Shown here: positions 53,162-64,000 of the stretch, piece by piece
How positions within the stretch are numbered: position 1 is the stretch's first letter
Layout of the letters: every line of letters starts with the position of its first letter
Translations under genes and position numbers: made by a program
Origin: Lytechinus pictus
Taxonomy: Eukaryota
NCBI RefSeq assembly: GCF_037042905.1
Contig: NC_087250.1
Location: 11,100,001-11,164,000 of the forward strand
DNA: 64,000 nt
Reading direction: 5' to 3'
Notes under the pieces: model-generated
The model's input: the letters and a program-made list of their open reading frames with translations, nothing else
The model's database searches: none
What the model was told of the DNA's origin: nothing

Positions 53162-54799
53162 TTAAGTGATAAACAGTAATCATCTGGCTCGATGCAGTTA
53201 TGTGTCGTGATCGACGCTTCATACATACAGACGCCATCCTGTGAAATCACGGTGTAGAGATAATGAAACGTTTTTATCCATTTCAGGGAGGAAACCCATT
53301 ATTTCTTGAAAGCAGTGGTGTAGCTGCCTATACAGTCAACGGGTAAAGGAAATAAAAATATCCATAGTATACTTTTCGCTGGAATAAACATCTATACTTT
53401 ATTAGTAATCAATCATTAAATCCTTCTACAATGTTTCCCCCTAAATGTGGATGGCACATGTATTGCTACAAAATACACACTATTAATTAATTGCCATTTT
53501 GCAACTTACTAAACTTTACCAGTGTATAATGTGGTCACCTTTGGATCTAGGTACTCCCAAACTAAACCAATTAGTTTAAAGTGAAAGCAATTTGTATTTC
53601 GCCTGAGGAGTGCATTACTCGTATTCTTGACATACACAACACACCCTACGCAACATTAGATCTACGGTTCGTGTGCAAAATTATTGTAAATACTACATTA
53701 ATGTTATACAGCGACATGTCAAGATGAACGCATGCGACACCATGCATGCCATTAACAAGTTGTGAGATCCCGTGCTTCCACGTACGTACGACTGCTCATC
53801 ACAGCATGCCCGCCTGACTACGGGACTCCGGCCGCTTGGCTGGAGATGTTATGAGAAACGCTAGGCCGACGTGGTGTATTATGACATGGATACGAAAACG
53901 ATTCTTCAAACAAATCGAGTACATATCAAGTGAGAAAAAACATAGTGAATAAAGGATTAAGTATATATATATATATATATACATATATAATTACAGTCCA
54001 TCGAATAAATATTGCTTCTGACATGGATTATTGATGGATCACTGGCAATTAAATCCATTGGTCATATTCACCTCTCTAGCTGAAACATTTCGCATGCGTT
54101 GATATTTGCACAGCAAATACCCTACATGATATGATTATGGTTCACATAGAGGTGCAGTGCCTTGAAATGGGGGGCAATGTCAAAATTCAAAAGTTGCAAA
54201 ATGACACAATATTGAAAGTGATGAGTGAGTTTCTTAAGCGGTTTCTTTTGACTCTGATCGATAATCCCGCCTTGGTTTTTAGTAAATATCAATGTGTAAT
54301 TAATGTCAATGAATTATTTCTGAGTTTCTCAGCGGTTTCGTTTGTTTTCATGCAACTTAACATCAACATTAAAATGGAATCAAACACACCTCTGCACAAG
54401 TAAACACAATAACAAACATAAACCACAACAAAACGTAAGAAATGAAGAAGCAAGGGCTTGATTTGAATGGATTTTCATCTCTATTGACACAGACACAATA
54501 ATCATGTTTTGTATTGACCCTTCATGACTATTTCTGCTCGCTTTGCAGCTTTTCAATTCAGACCTCATCCAACACTTTTGAATTTTGCTCTTTTTTTGAT
54601 GGCATGATCAAAACAAGCATGGTATCATTTTAGAGAGAATCAAATGATTTTTTGAAAGATATCAAATATGCATTGTGTAAAATTTCGAGTTGGGAGAAAT
54701 TAAAGGCAAAACTCAGATTTTAAAACTTATTTTTAAGGGGTTTATATGTGGGAAAATATAGATCACTGGACATTTATCATTCAGCTGGCACGTCAATGA

Positions 54800-55306
54800 G
54801 CACTTGCAACGCACTCGGAATAAACTCATACGAAACTCGCTGTAACTCGGGGTGCTCGATCTAAAGTCGCGCTAATCTCGTGGGCACCTCCACTTGACTC
54901 ATAAAACGGTCGCAATGCTCGTATCTCGCTCTTGAAAACTCGGAACGCACTCGCGTATACTCAGATGTGGCGAGTTATTACGAGTTATGTCGAGTTTAAC
55001 TCGAGCTTCTTACGAGTTATTGCGAGTACTGCGAGTATATAACGAGTTTAGGTGAATTCATCACGAGTTACAGTGAGTTTACTTAGCAAAATTTTTGAAC
55101 ATGTTCAAAAATTTTGAAAGTGCTCACGACTTCAAGGAGAGTTGTCCCGAGCTTGAACGAGCTCCGCCGAGCCATGCCGAGTTGTCGGGAGTTATCCCGA
55201 GTTTCATGGTAAGCTTTATGCGAGTTATCGCGAGTGCCTCATTTTGGCAACTCGCTTTAACTCGCCATAACTTGCGATATTAACTCGCCGAAGTGGAAAC
55301 CTTGCT
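54800..55306. mobile_element. Harbinger-like MITE fragment rich in ACTCG/CGAGT repeats
   Basis: Dense ACTCG and CGAGT repeats in both orientations. Right terminus AGTGGAAACCTTGCT. Left terminus not found. Confidence 0.55.
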
Positions 55307-55945
55307 CTATATAATGTCTCGCACATATTCCATGTATAACTTGGCAATATGACGTGGATCGTTACTCGTGGATCCTTGTAGCCACATAATCTTGCGGGAG
55401 AATCCGTCGATTGCACCGTGAACAGCAAATCCAAAAGCCTTCAACTTGTCGTAACCGTAAATGTGAACCAAGAAATTGGAACCCTTTACTAACGTATTGC
55501 CTCCGGCGTAACCGTCGTCTCGATCTTGCTCAACTCCTTCTGGATCTAGGACTGAAAGGAGTTGTCTTAAAAAGTTATGTGGAATGCAAATGTCATACCT
55601 TGTCATCAGTCTTCTCTACATTGCCCAATAACCTAGATGTTGCCCACTTCCTTGGAGTTCCTGCCTCAAAGTCGTCACAACATGGTTAAAATTTGGTTGG
55701 TTATCCCTTCTCCGGATGCCTAATCTAAAATGATTCGCCTAATCTGTCTCAGGCTTTCAGTGATGTAATGGCGCATAAGTAAAAGGATGATGACCTCGGT
55801 GGCTGTGTACCCAATTGTGTAATAATGACGAACAAGTTCATCCCTAAGCAGGCCATTCCCAGGGATTTCAAATGCTTCTGCAGTATAGCTGGGTGGTCTT
55901 GCTTGGACTCCGTCTAACAATAGCACAGTACACAATAGAACCTGC
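55307..55945 (-). pseudogene. IS3EU-like (integrase/rve-type DDE) transposase remnant
   Basis: HIYGYDKLKAFGFAVHGAIDGFSRKIMWL...SNDP in 55307..55606, and an N-terminal HTH-like segment RDELVRHYYTIGYTATEVIILLLMRH...SLRQIRRI in 55720..55947. Frameshifted and 3'-truncated by the MITE. Confidence 0.75.
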
Positions 55946-56564
55946 AATGAAATACGATTTTGAACAATACCGTAACTCAGTTGAAAAAAATAAGTTCACC
56001 CTTTAATTTCCAGTCGTATAGTATATTTATTCAAAATATGTCACGTTCAAAATACGTAAAAATTAGTTGTATTCTAATTACTCGGACTAAACAGGCTTAC
56101 TTTGGGGGTAGCGTTTTTAAGAAACTGTATTGATGCAGCTAAATATAATCCAGATTTGTACTGAACAGGAAACTCGTTATCTAAAAACATTTAAAATTCA
56201 GTGTAGTGATAAAACAATGACCAATTGACCATAATATACCTGAATCCATATTACGACTCCTATGGGGTTCATTGAGCATACAAGATTTCTAGTGCTCACT
56301 AATTTATTGTACAACAATATTGTTTGGTTGTAATTATAGCAATTTCAATTTTCATTTAAAGGGTCGATGCCAAAACGTCTATTATAGTGGGATCCAACGT
56401 TTTTCTATTAACATAAATTTCCAACTTTTCAATGGGCCATGTTTTAGAAAAGTGAGATTGATCTCAACTTGATGATTGATGATCCAATTGTCGTTTATTT
56501 CTTGCTGTACTTCGTGTCCCCCACCCCCCCCCCCATATCCCTCTGATTTAGCGCTAAATTATTC

Positions 56565-56880
56565 TAAAATAGGAGGATTAAACGAGAACTTGCCGTTTGA
56601 AGTTTGATCCTTATTTTATGAGTAATTGGAGGTTAGAGAATACATAAAAGCCCGCCCGCTACGCTTACGTTCAATCCTCAAAGCGACTGTGACTACTGGT
56701 GAGAAAGAAATAAAATAAGGCTAACGAGAACAGACCTAAAAGATCCTGAGTAAGGGAGGGAGAGGAGGGCATGTATTCTCTAACCTCCAATTACTCATAA
56801 AATAAGGATCAAACTTCAAACGGTAAGTTCTCGTTTAATCCTCCTATTTTATTTCATAATTTTCGGAACGAGAATACATG
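56565..56880 (-). repeat. DIRS 3' terminal repeat and internal complementary region (ICR)
   Basis: 81-bp inverted repeat 56565-56645 / 56771-56851 with one mismatch. It is followed by a GAGAATACAT-containing segment (56852-56880) expected to match the 5' terminus. Confidence 0.85.
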
Positions 56881-56989
56881 ATATTTCAAAGCCCAGTAGT
56901 CACATGCGTCATACTTCCAGAAAATTAACTAACCTGCAAAGTGCAGAACTTATTTCCCTTGGTGTAACACTGCTTGCGTGTAGGAACCA

Positions 56990-57240
56990 TTTTTATCCTC
57001 CACTGGTTTGTTATAAAAAGTCTGAAAAGTTTTTCCATTTGCCCAACCTATATGTTTGAGAATGCATTTTGTCCGTAAAATAAATCACTGAAAAATTCTA
57101 AAATATCCCTAGCGTTGGCCTGCATCCATGGAAGATTGTGTTCTTGGCAGATTTTTTTCCACTAGTTTGTGTAAATGTTGTACTGCTTCTTTGTTGATTC
57201 TCTCCAAGATGCACCAATGATGTATGTAGTTTGCTTAGTT
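56990..57240 (-). pseudogene. DIRS tyrosine recombinase remnant with core deleted
   Basis: N-terminal IIGASWRESTKKQYNIYTN*WKKIC...DILEFFSDLF is joined near 57065 to C-terminal LKHIGWANGKTFQTFYNKP. Confidence 0.8.
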
Positions 57241-57299
57241 ACATGTAGTCCTTGTAGGTCACAGTGTGCCCTCCAAGCCTGCAACAAAGGAGATCAAGA

Positions 57300-57901
57300 T
57301 TAGTAAGAGGGTGGGGTCTGCCAGACACTGGCTGAGTGAGCAGCACATTAAAAAAACAAAGGCTCTTCTAGCATCATTTCTTCCAGGGAAGGGAACCAAG
57401 CCTGTGTAGGCCAATTTGGTACTACTATTAACCCTTGTGCACCATCTACTTTAATCTTCTGTAGACATTTAGCGATAAGGTTGAAGGGAGGGAAAGCATA
57501 GAAATCAAGTTTCCCCCAGTCCAATGTAAATGCGTCAACTGCCCATGCATTTGGGTCAGGTTTCCAAGAGACATATTTAGGTAATTGAGCATTGAGTCTC
57601 GTTGCAAATAAATCTACCTCTGGTGGGCCATATTTATTAAGTATTTCCTTAAAAGCCATCTCATGAAGGGCCCATTCAATGTTGTCATTGAATGTGCGGG
57701 ACATACGGTCAGCTTCAACATTTTAAGTACCCGGCAAGTAGGCAGCTGTAATCCAAATGTTTCGGTCTCTACACCAATTCCATATTTGTTTGGCCATTTC
57801 ATTGCATGAATTTGATTTAATACCCCCCCCCCCCCATCTTGTTGAGGTAAGAAGCTGCCGTCATGTTGTCTAGCCTGTTCAAAACATGCACATTTCTCAA
57901 A
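57300..57901 (-). pseudogene. DIRS pol C-terminus: end of RNase H plus Dam-like DNA N6-adenine methyltransferase-like domain
   Basis: LDNMTAASYLNKMGG...ITAAYLPGT*NVEADRMSR, then VDLFATRLNAQL...VDAFTLDW...YAFPPFNLI...LIVVPNWPTQAWF. Confidence 0.88.
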
Positions 57902-60900
57902 TAGTGTGGTACGGTATGTCACTGACACAGCTCCCGTAGGACTTTCGTGCCAAAATTGATTTTTTGGTTGTTTTGGCTTCAATAGGGTCCTCTTAGACCA
58001 AAAATGATGGGGTGCAAATTTTCAGCCCCCTCCTTCCCTTCGTGGGGGGGTCCTTTTTGGCACCATATTGGGCTGTACAAAGCCCAATAAGATAATCCAT
58101 TCTTTTCAACCTTATTTCTCACTTTTCTTCGCCAATTTTATTTTTAAGTTGTCTGAGGTGTATGAGAATGAATATTTGATGATGTTGTGATGTCAATTTT
58201 TTTTTCACTTTTACCATATGGGGGCGGAATTTACGAAAAATGCCCTAAAATTGTAAAATATTTTCCCTAAAATTTCATTTTCCACCTTTTTTGGCACTAG
58301 AATTAGGACAAAAGGGTTACAAAATTAAATGAATATGTCTTGTTATACAATCCAATAACAGAGGAATATATCACATGCAATTTATATCATTATTTTTGGT
58401 CAATTGATGTAAAAATCAACCCCATTTCAGGATTTTATGCAGTGAAAACCTTACTACAACACTAGAGGGCGCCATAACTTATGATAAGCACTTCCTTTAA
58501 AAAAATCGAATTCTAGGCATTGTAATTTTATCAATGAATTTGAAAGCTGACACATTTCAAGAGCAATTATTTCCAATGCCAATTCATAGTATGGGCATCT
58601 AATTTGTTTTGATTCTAACCCCCCCCCCCCCCCTGGGGGGGGGGGCAAAACGGTTGCCTTAGGCTAAAAGTCCTGGATTCATTTTTTTAATTTGGTTTCA
58701 ATTCAAAAGTTTTTAAGGGTGAAGAAGTATATCGGCAAAATGATCAAGGACAGCAAGTGGTCTCGTGCCCAGAAATCCAAGATGACTTTAAAAAATGGAG
58801 TTTAAAATGGCTGTTGATACTTTAAATGGACATAGCACATTTTATATCAACCTGAGATAGATGGAATCGGTGTCTAGACCATGGTTTCAAAGATCAAAAC
58901 TGGGACAAGAATACTGGTTCCTTTTTTTCATTTATTTAATTTTTGGAAGCCATCTGGGATTTTTCAACATACCGGGACAGTCAGCGGTCCGGTATGTTGA
59001 AAAAAAATCCAAGATGGCTTCCAAAAATTGAGTTTGAAATTGCTGTTGCTGCTTGAAAAACAGATATAGTTTGTTCAATATCCGGAAATATGAGTTTTTG
59101 TGTCTACCATGGTAAAATAGGTCAAATAATACATTAGAATAAGTTACAAGGAGAGTCGTTGGTCGAGTATGTTAAACAATGAAGTATAAAATAGCCACTG
59201 TTATTAACAAATTGAATATCCATCAAGGATATGGTTTTGATGTCTAAACCATGATTTTTAAAGTAACAAAATTAGTTACGAGCGTTCGAGTGTTGTGGCC
59301 CAGTGGATTAGTCTTTTGACTTTGAAAGGGTCGTAGGTTCAAATCCCAGCCATGGCATAATTTCCTTCTGCAAAAAATTATCTACATTGTGCTGCACTCA
59401 ACCCAGGTGGGGTAAATGGGTACCCGGTAAGAAGAAATTATTTAAATGCTTGAGCGCCTAGGCAGCCAATTTAAAGCAGGGATAATTATAATAGCTGGGC
59501 CCGCTGGGAGAACAGTTTTAGAACTGAAGGGGCTTCCCTAGGTAAATATACCTATATTATTAATATCATATTATAACAAGGACAGTCAGTGGTCTATGTC
59601 GAAAAATCCAAGGTGGCGTCAAGAAATCTGAGTCCAAAGTGACTGCTGTTACTTAAAAGTGGACATAGTTAATTTAAAATCCACCAAGGACATATGATTT
59701 TGGTGTCCACTCAATGGTTTCATGATTAAAATGATTATTTCGACTGGTTACAAAGATATGCACTGGTCCATTTTGCCTAAAAATCCAATAAAGTTTTCAA
59801 AATGGCATCTAAAATGATTCCTAACACTCATTAATAATGGTCAGAGTTTATACAATATTAATCTGTGAGGAATAATGTTGGTGTCTACATGGTGGTATAA
59901 AGGGTCAGATAATACATTCGACAAATAACAAGGATATTTAGTTTTCCATTTTGTCCAAAATCCATGGTAGATTAAAAAAAAATCATCAAATGGGTGCTAT
60001 TACAAACTCATGAATCAATATAACTTATCCCATACATTTAAGTGTAGGCACCAAAATATTTCTCACAGGTTGATATTGTATGAATGATTTTTTCCACTAT
60101 ACAATAGTCATTTTTAAAACCAATTTTTGAAAGCCAACTTGGATTTCAAGGCAAAATGGATAACTGCATAGTTATTGTAACCAGTCCTTAATAAGTATTT
60201 TTAACTTTTAAAATACTAGTGTAGACACCAAAATAATAGCCCCAGGTGTATGCTTAATGTTCTTTATCCACTTTTAAGTAACAGCAGTCATTGAAGCAAT
60301 CTTGGATTTTTTGGCAAACTTGACACCCGACTGTTCTTTAAACTTGAAACAATATACTTGATCCTTTAAACTCTAGTGTAGACATCAAAATCAAATCCAC
60401 GATGTGCGCTTCTTATCTACTTTTAAGAACCACAGTCAATTTAGACCCTGCATTTTGGAGGCCATATCGCATTTTTGATATACCAGACCACTGACTGCCC
60501 CTATTAACTTGTCCTAATGTCTTATGTGACCCTTGAAACCATTGGTTTAGACACCAAAATTATATATCCCAGGACGATATGAAATGAACTATGTCCGCTT
60601 TAAGTGTCAGCAGCCATTTTAAGATCAATTTATGGAATTCATCTTTGATTTATGGACATACCAGACCACTGACTGTCCTTGTAATTTATCCTCATATATT
60701 ACTCGACCCAAACCAGTGGTTTAAAGTTAAGCATCGAAATCACATTTCCCTGGACGATATGAAATCAGCTATGTCTGCTTTAAGTTTAGCATCCATTTCA
60801 GAGTAAATTTTTTTGAAGCCATCATGGATTTTTGGACCCACCAGACCACTCACTGTCCTTGTAACTTTTTCAAATTTACTACTTTACCCTTAAAATCATT

Positions 60901-62484
60901 GACTGGAAACCAAATTGTGGATTTTTAGCACACGGCAGCCATTTTTTATGCCATCTTGGATTTTCCAGGTATCCTGGGGTCCTTATATTCAATCTACCTT
61001 GTTTCAACAATTATTTTACCTCCTAGACCATGGAGTATGAAACCAATTAGGATTCTCGGGTGGATAATGAGTGAGTCGTATTTATCAATTTTCAGTGAAT
61101 GGTGGCCATCTAGGATACTATTTTGAAAATAACCACTTTCCCTGATGCGGATTTTGGTAGATTTTTAGTATATTATTCCTGAGGTCAATTAGTACTAAAA
61201 ACTGTTGAAAAACAATTTGTTGCAAGTTTTCCGAGTAAGGGTATTTTTGGTCGTACATTGAATAGTCTAAAGGCCCTACCTTAGAAATTGAGGCACAATG
61301 CATGTTTGTATGGAAGTTCTCTAAATCTTGTGAAGGTCAATTAATAAAACATCACATATTATTTCAAAAAAGGTTATGTGCATGTGTGTGCGTATGTGTG
61401 TGTGTGCGTGGGGGGGGGGGGGGGCTATAAAAATACTTTGTGTTTATTTCTGTCTATCAGTAATTGGAAATTAGCCGAGATGTTTATAATTGACAATTCA
61501 AATAGAAGTCCTTTAACTCGTAAATTGTACTCTAGAACGAGTGGCCGTATGGTGAAAGTTGTATGTCAGTCAGTTGGGGGGGGGGGTAGGGGAAGGGGTA
61601 GGGGGTATGGTTGGTAGGATGCTCGTCTAACTGGAAGTCTTCAGATATAAGCATTCTAGCTGTCTAGGGATGATAAAATACCATAAAACAATTCATTTTT
61701 TTAACCAGGCGCAAAATTGCTAATACACCTGATTTTAGGGGGTGTTGATATAGGTGACACCCCCCCCCCTCGGGCAGTGGATGAGGGTGGGGGAAACTGG
61801 AACCCTATCACTTCCTGATAGATTGGACCCAAGTGAATTCAAAAATGGAAAAAAAATGGCGCAAAAGTCTTACAGGAGCTGTGTCATGACATACCGTACC
61901 GCACTAATATCATCATGATAAGTTATGGCGCCCTCTAGTGTTGTAGTAAGGTTTTCACTGCATAAAATCCTGAAATGGGGTTGATTTTTACATCAAATGA
62001 CGAAGAATAATCATGTGAATTACAAGTGATATATTCTTCTGTTATTGGACTGTATAACAAGACATATGCATTTCATTTTGTAATCTTTTTGTCCTAATTC
62101 TAGTGCCAAAAAAGGGGGGAATTTACATTTTTTGGGTAATATTTTACAATTTTAGGGCATTTTTCGCAAAATCCGCCCCCAAAGGTAAAAGTGAAAAAGA
62201 ATTGACATCACAACATCATCAAATATTCATTCTCATACACCTCAGACAACTTAAAAATAAAATTGGCGAAGAAAAGTGAGAAATAAGGTTGAAAACAATG
62301 GATTATCCTATTGTGCTTTGTACAGGCCAATATGGCGCCAAAAAGGACTCCCCACGAAGGAAAGGAGGGGGCTGAAAATTTGAACCCCATCATTTTTGGT
62401 CTAAAGGACCCTATTGAAGCCAAAACAACCAAAAAATCAATATTGGCAAACAAATCCTACGGGATAACACACCATACCGCACTT
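57902..62484. mobile_element. Third Academ-like foldback element (composite), inserted in DIRS RNase H
   Basis: Left end TAGTGTGGTACGG, right end CCATACCGCACTT. TSD AAA (57899-57901, 62485-62487). Inverted arms ~57930-58490 / 61913-62462. Interior has CCAAGATGG subrepeats that flip polarity near 60.05 kb. Confidence 0.88.
59288..59570 (+). mobile_element. tRNA-derived SINE with CORE/Meta-like central domain
   Basis: A box TGGCCCAGTGG, B box GGTTCAAATCCC, central CACTCAACCCAGGTG...AAATGGGTACC and an AT-rich tail. Confidence 0.8.
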
Positions 62485-63806
62485 AAATGGGAGCAATAAG
62501 CTTTCAGACCAAACCCTGCTGATAATGTCTCTAGAAAGTTTATTTCATTATTTCTAGCCCTAACCAATTCATGGGCATTCCATCTACCCCCTGTTTGGGA
62601 GGTGAGGTATGTAGCACCCCAGTCTTCCCCACTAGCATCTGTACGTAGTTCCATTGTAAATTTCCCATGATGCATTTTGCATATCGTTGATGTAGCATTT
62701 GTTGCCCACCATTCCAGATCCTTCTTAGCGTCTGTCGAGAGTGACATGACTCTATTAAAATACCCTTTATTACATCTTAAGGCTGCTATTTTATCTTTCT
62801 CGAGTGCCCTGTAATAGAGGGGGCCATATTGTGAAGCTGGGAATGCAGCTACTATTTTCCCAACTAACTTAGCAACTTCTTGTATAGTTGGACTCTTTTT
62901 CTCATACAACCTAATGCATGCCTCTTTTAAGTCTTTACCTTTGTTGTCAGGCAATGTGACTGTCATTGTAATCGTACTGAGTTGAAACCCCCAAAACTCC
63001 ACTACTTGAGTGGGCTCGAGAACAGACTTTGAGGAGTGAATTATAAATCAATGAGAACTTAATAGTGTCGTTGTGGCCAACACAGACTTGTTTGTTGCTT
63101 CTTCATTCTTTCCAATAATTAGAGTGTCATCCAAATACCCGACAACTTTGTGTTTGGACTGTCTACGAGAGGCAAACACTGGTTTAGGGAGCTTGGTAAA
63201 AAGTCGGGGGGCAGACCTAAGTCCATTTGGTAAGGCTTTGTACTGCCAAAGTTGACCTTGCCAAATAAATCTAAGATACTTTCTAGAGTCTGTATGGATT
63301 GGAACTGTATAGTAAGCATAACGAAGATCGACTGAAGCTAATAAGTCTCCCCGAGAAATAAGAGAGATTGCAGTGGCGAGGTTGTCCATCTTAAAATGGT
63401 GATAGTCTACATATTCATTTAGCCAAGATAAATCCAAAATCAAGCGTACTCCTCCATTTTTCTTAGGCCTTGTAAAGACATTTGAAATGAATTCCCCAGT
63501 TACATGGAAGCAGCGTTCAATTACACTTTTTCTTTCTAAGTTTGCTAATTCTTCATTAATCATTGCCATCTGCATGTTATCCCTCTTGTAGATATGTATG
63601 GGTTTTTCATGTCTCGGGGGAAACTTGTCTGGGTCAAACTCCAATTTATAGCCCTGAATGGCTTGGAGCGGGAAAGGGTCTGAGGTAATTTGACGCCATT
63701 TATTGACAACAAGCTTCAGTCGACCTCCAACAGTACATAATTCAGGGGGATTCCCATTACAAGCACTTACCTCTTGAGTGCTTGGCTCTGATGTCGGGAC
63801 TTCCAC
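62485..63806 (-). pseudogene. DIRS pol: reverse transcriptase and N-terminal RNase H, frameshifted
   Basis: VGGRL...W, FISNVFTRPKKNGGVRLILDL, HFKMDNL, VDLRYAYYTVPI, LPNGLRSAPRLFTK, YLDD; then LEWW, TDASGEDWGA, INFLE. Break near 63048. Confidence 0.93.
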
Positions 63807-64000
63807 AACTATTTCTTGCGTTGTGCTCTGTCCTTGTGTGCTGTTGATGTGAAAGTGTGGGAAGCTTGCTGAGCTTGCTTGTATTTCCCTTTCTTGTAGT
63901 TCTGATGTAGGCCTAAAAAAGCCGATCTGAATTCCCCGCTTTGTGATAGGTTGAGTAGGACGACAAAGAGGATGATACAGGGGTTAAGGTCTGGTTTGAT

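Larger units (their letters stand above)
56565..64000 (-). mobile_element. DIRS-type tyrosine-recombinase retrotransposon, 5' part outside window, interrupted
   Basis: On the minus strand the order is RT - RNase H - methyltransferase-like - YR remnant - ICR - terminal repeat. Confidence 0.93.

Overview
Repeat-dominated, AT-rich eukaryotic (animal) DNA. The repeat style suggests an invertebrate deuterostome such as a sea urchin, but that is inference only. I can support no intact host protein-coding gene. Layout from left to right: (1) a near-complete but inactivated Tx1/L1-clade LINE at 1-4760; (2) a 3.5-kb foldback non-autonomous DNA transposon with TAG...CTA ends and a 3-bp TSD (Academ-like) at 5008-8496; (3) nested MITEs, an L2/CR1 fragment and a minisatellite at 9.5-19.4 kb; (4) a head-to-tail array of a non-coding ~2.5-kb unit at 19.45-41.94 kb, with six full copies and one partial copy, plus an older in-register degenerate copy at 9.05-11.95 kb, and several TE insertions whose empty sites are visible in sister copies; (5) further foldback, Kolobok-type MITE, SINE and LINE fragments at 42-55 kb; (6) an IS3EU-like DDE transposase remnant; (7) a minus-strand DIRS-type tyrosine-recombinase retrotransposon from 56.6 kb to the window end, carrying RT, RNase H, a Dam-like methyltransferase domain, a deleted recombinase and ICR/ITR ends, and split by a third Academ-like foldback element. 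The least explained object is the 2.5-kb tandem unit, which carries a promoter-like/first-exon-like cassette but no conserved ORF.
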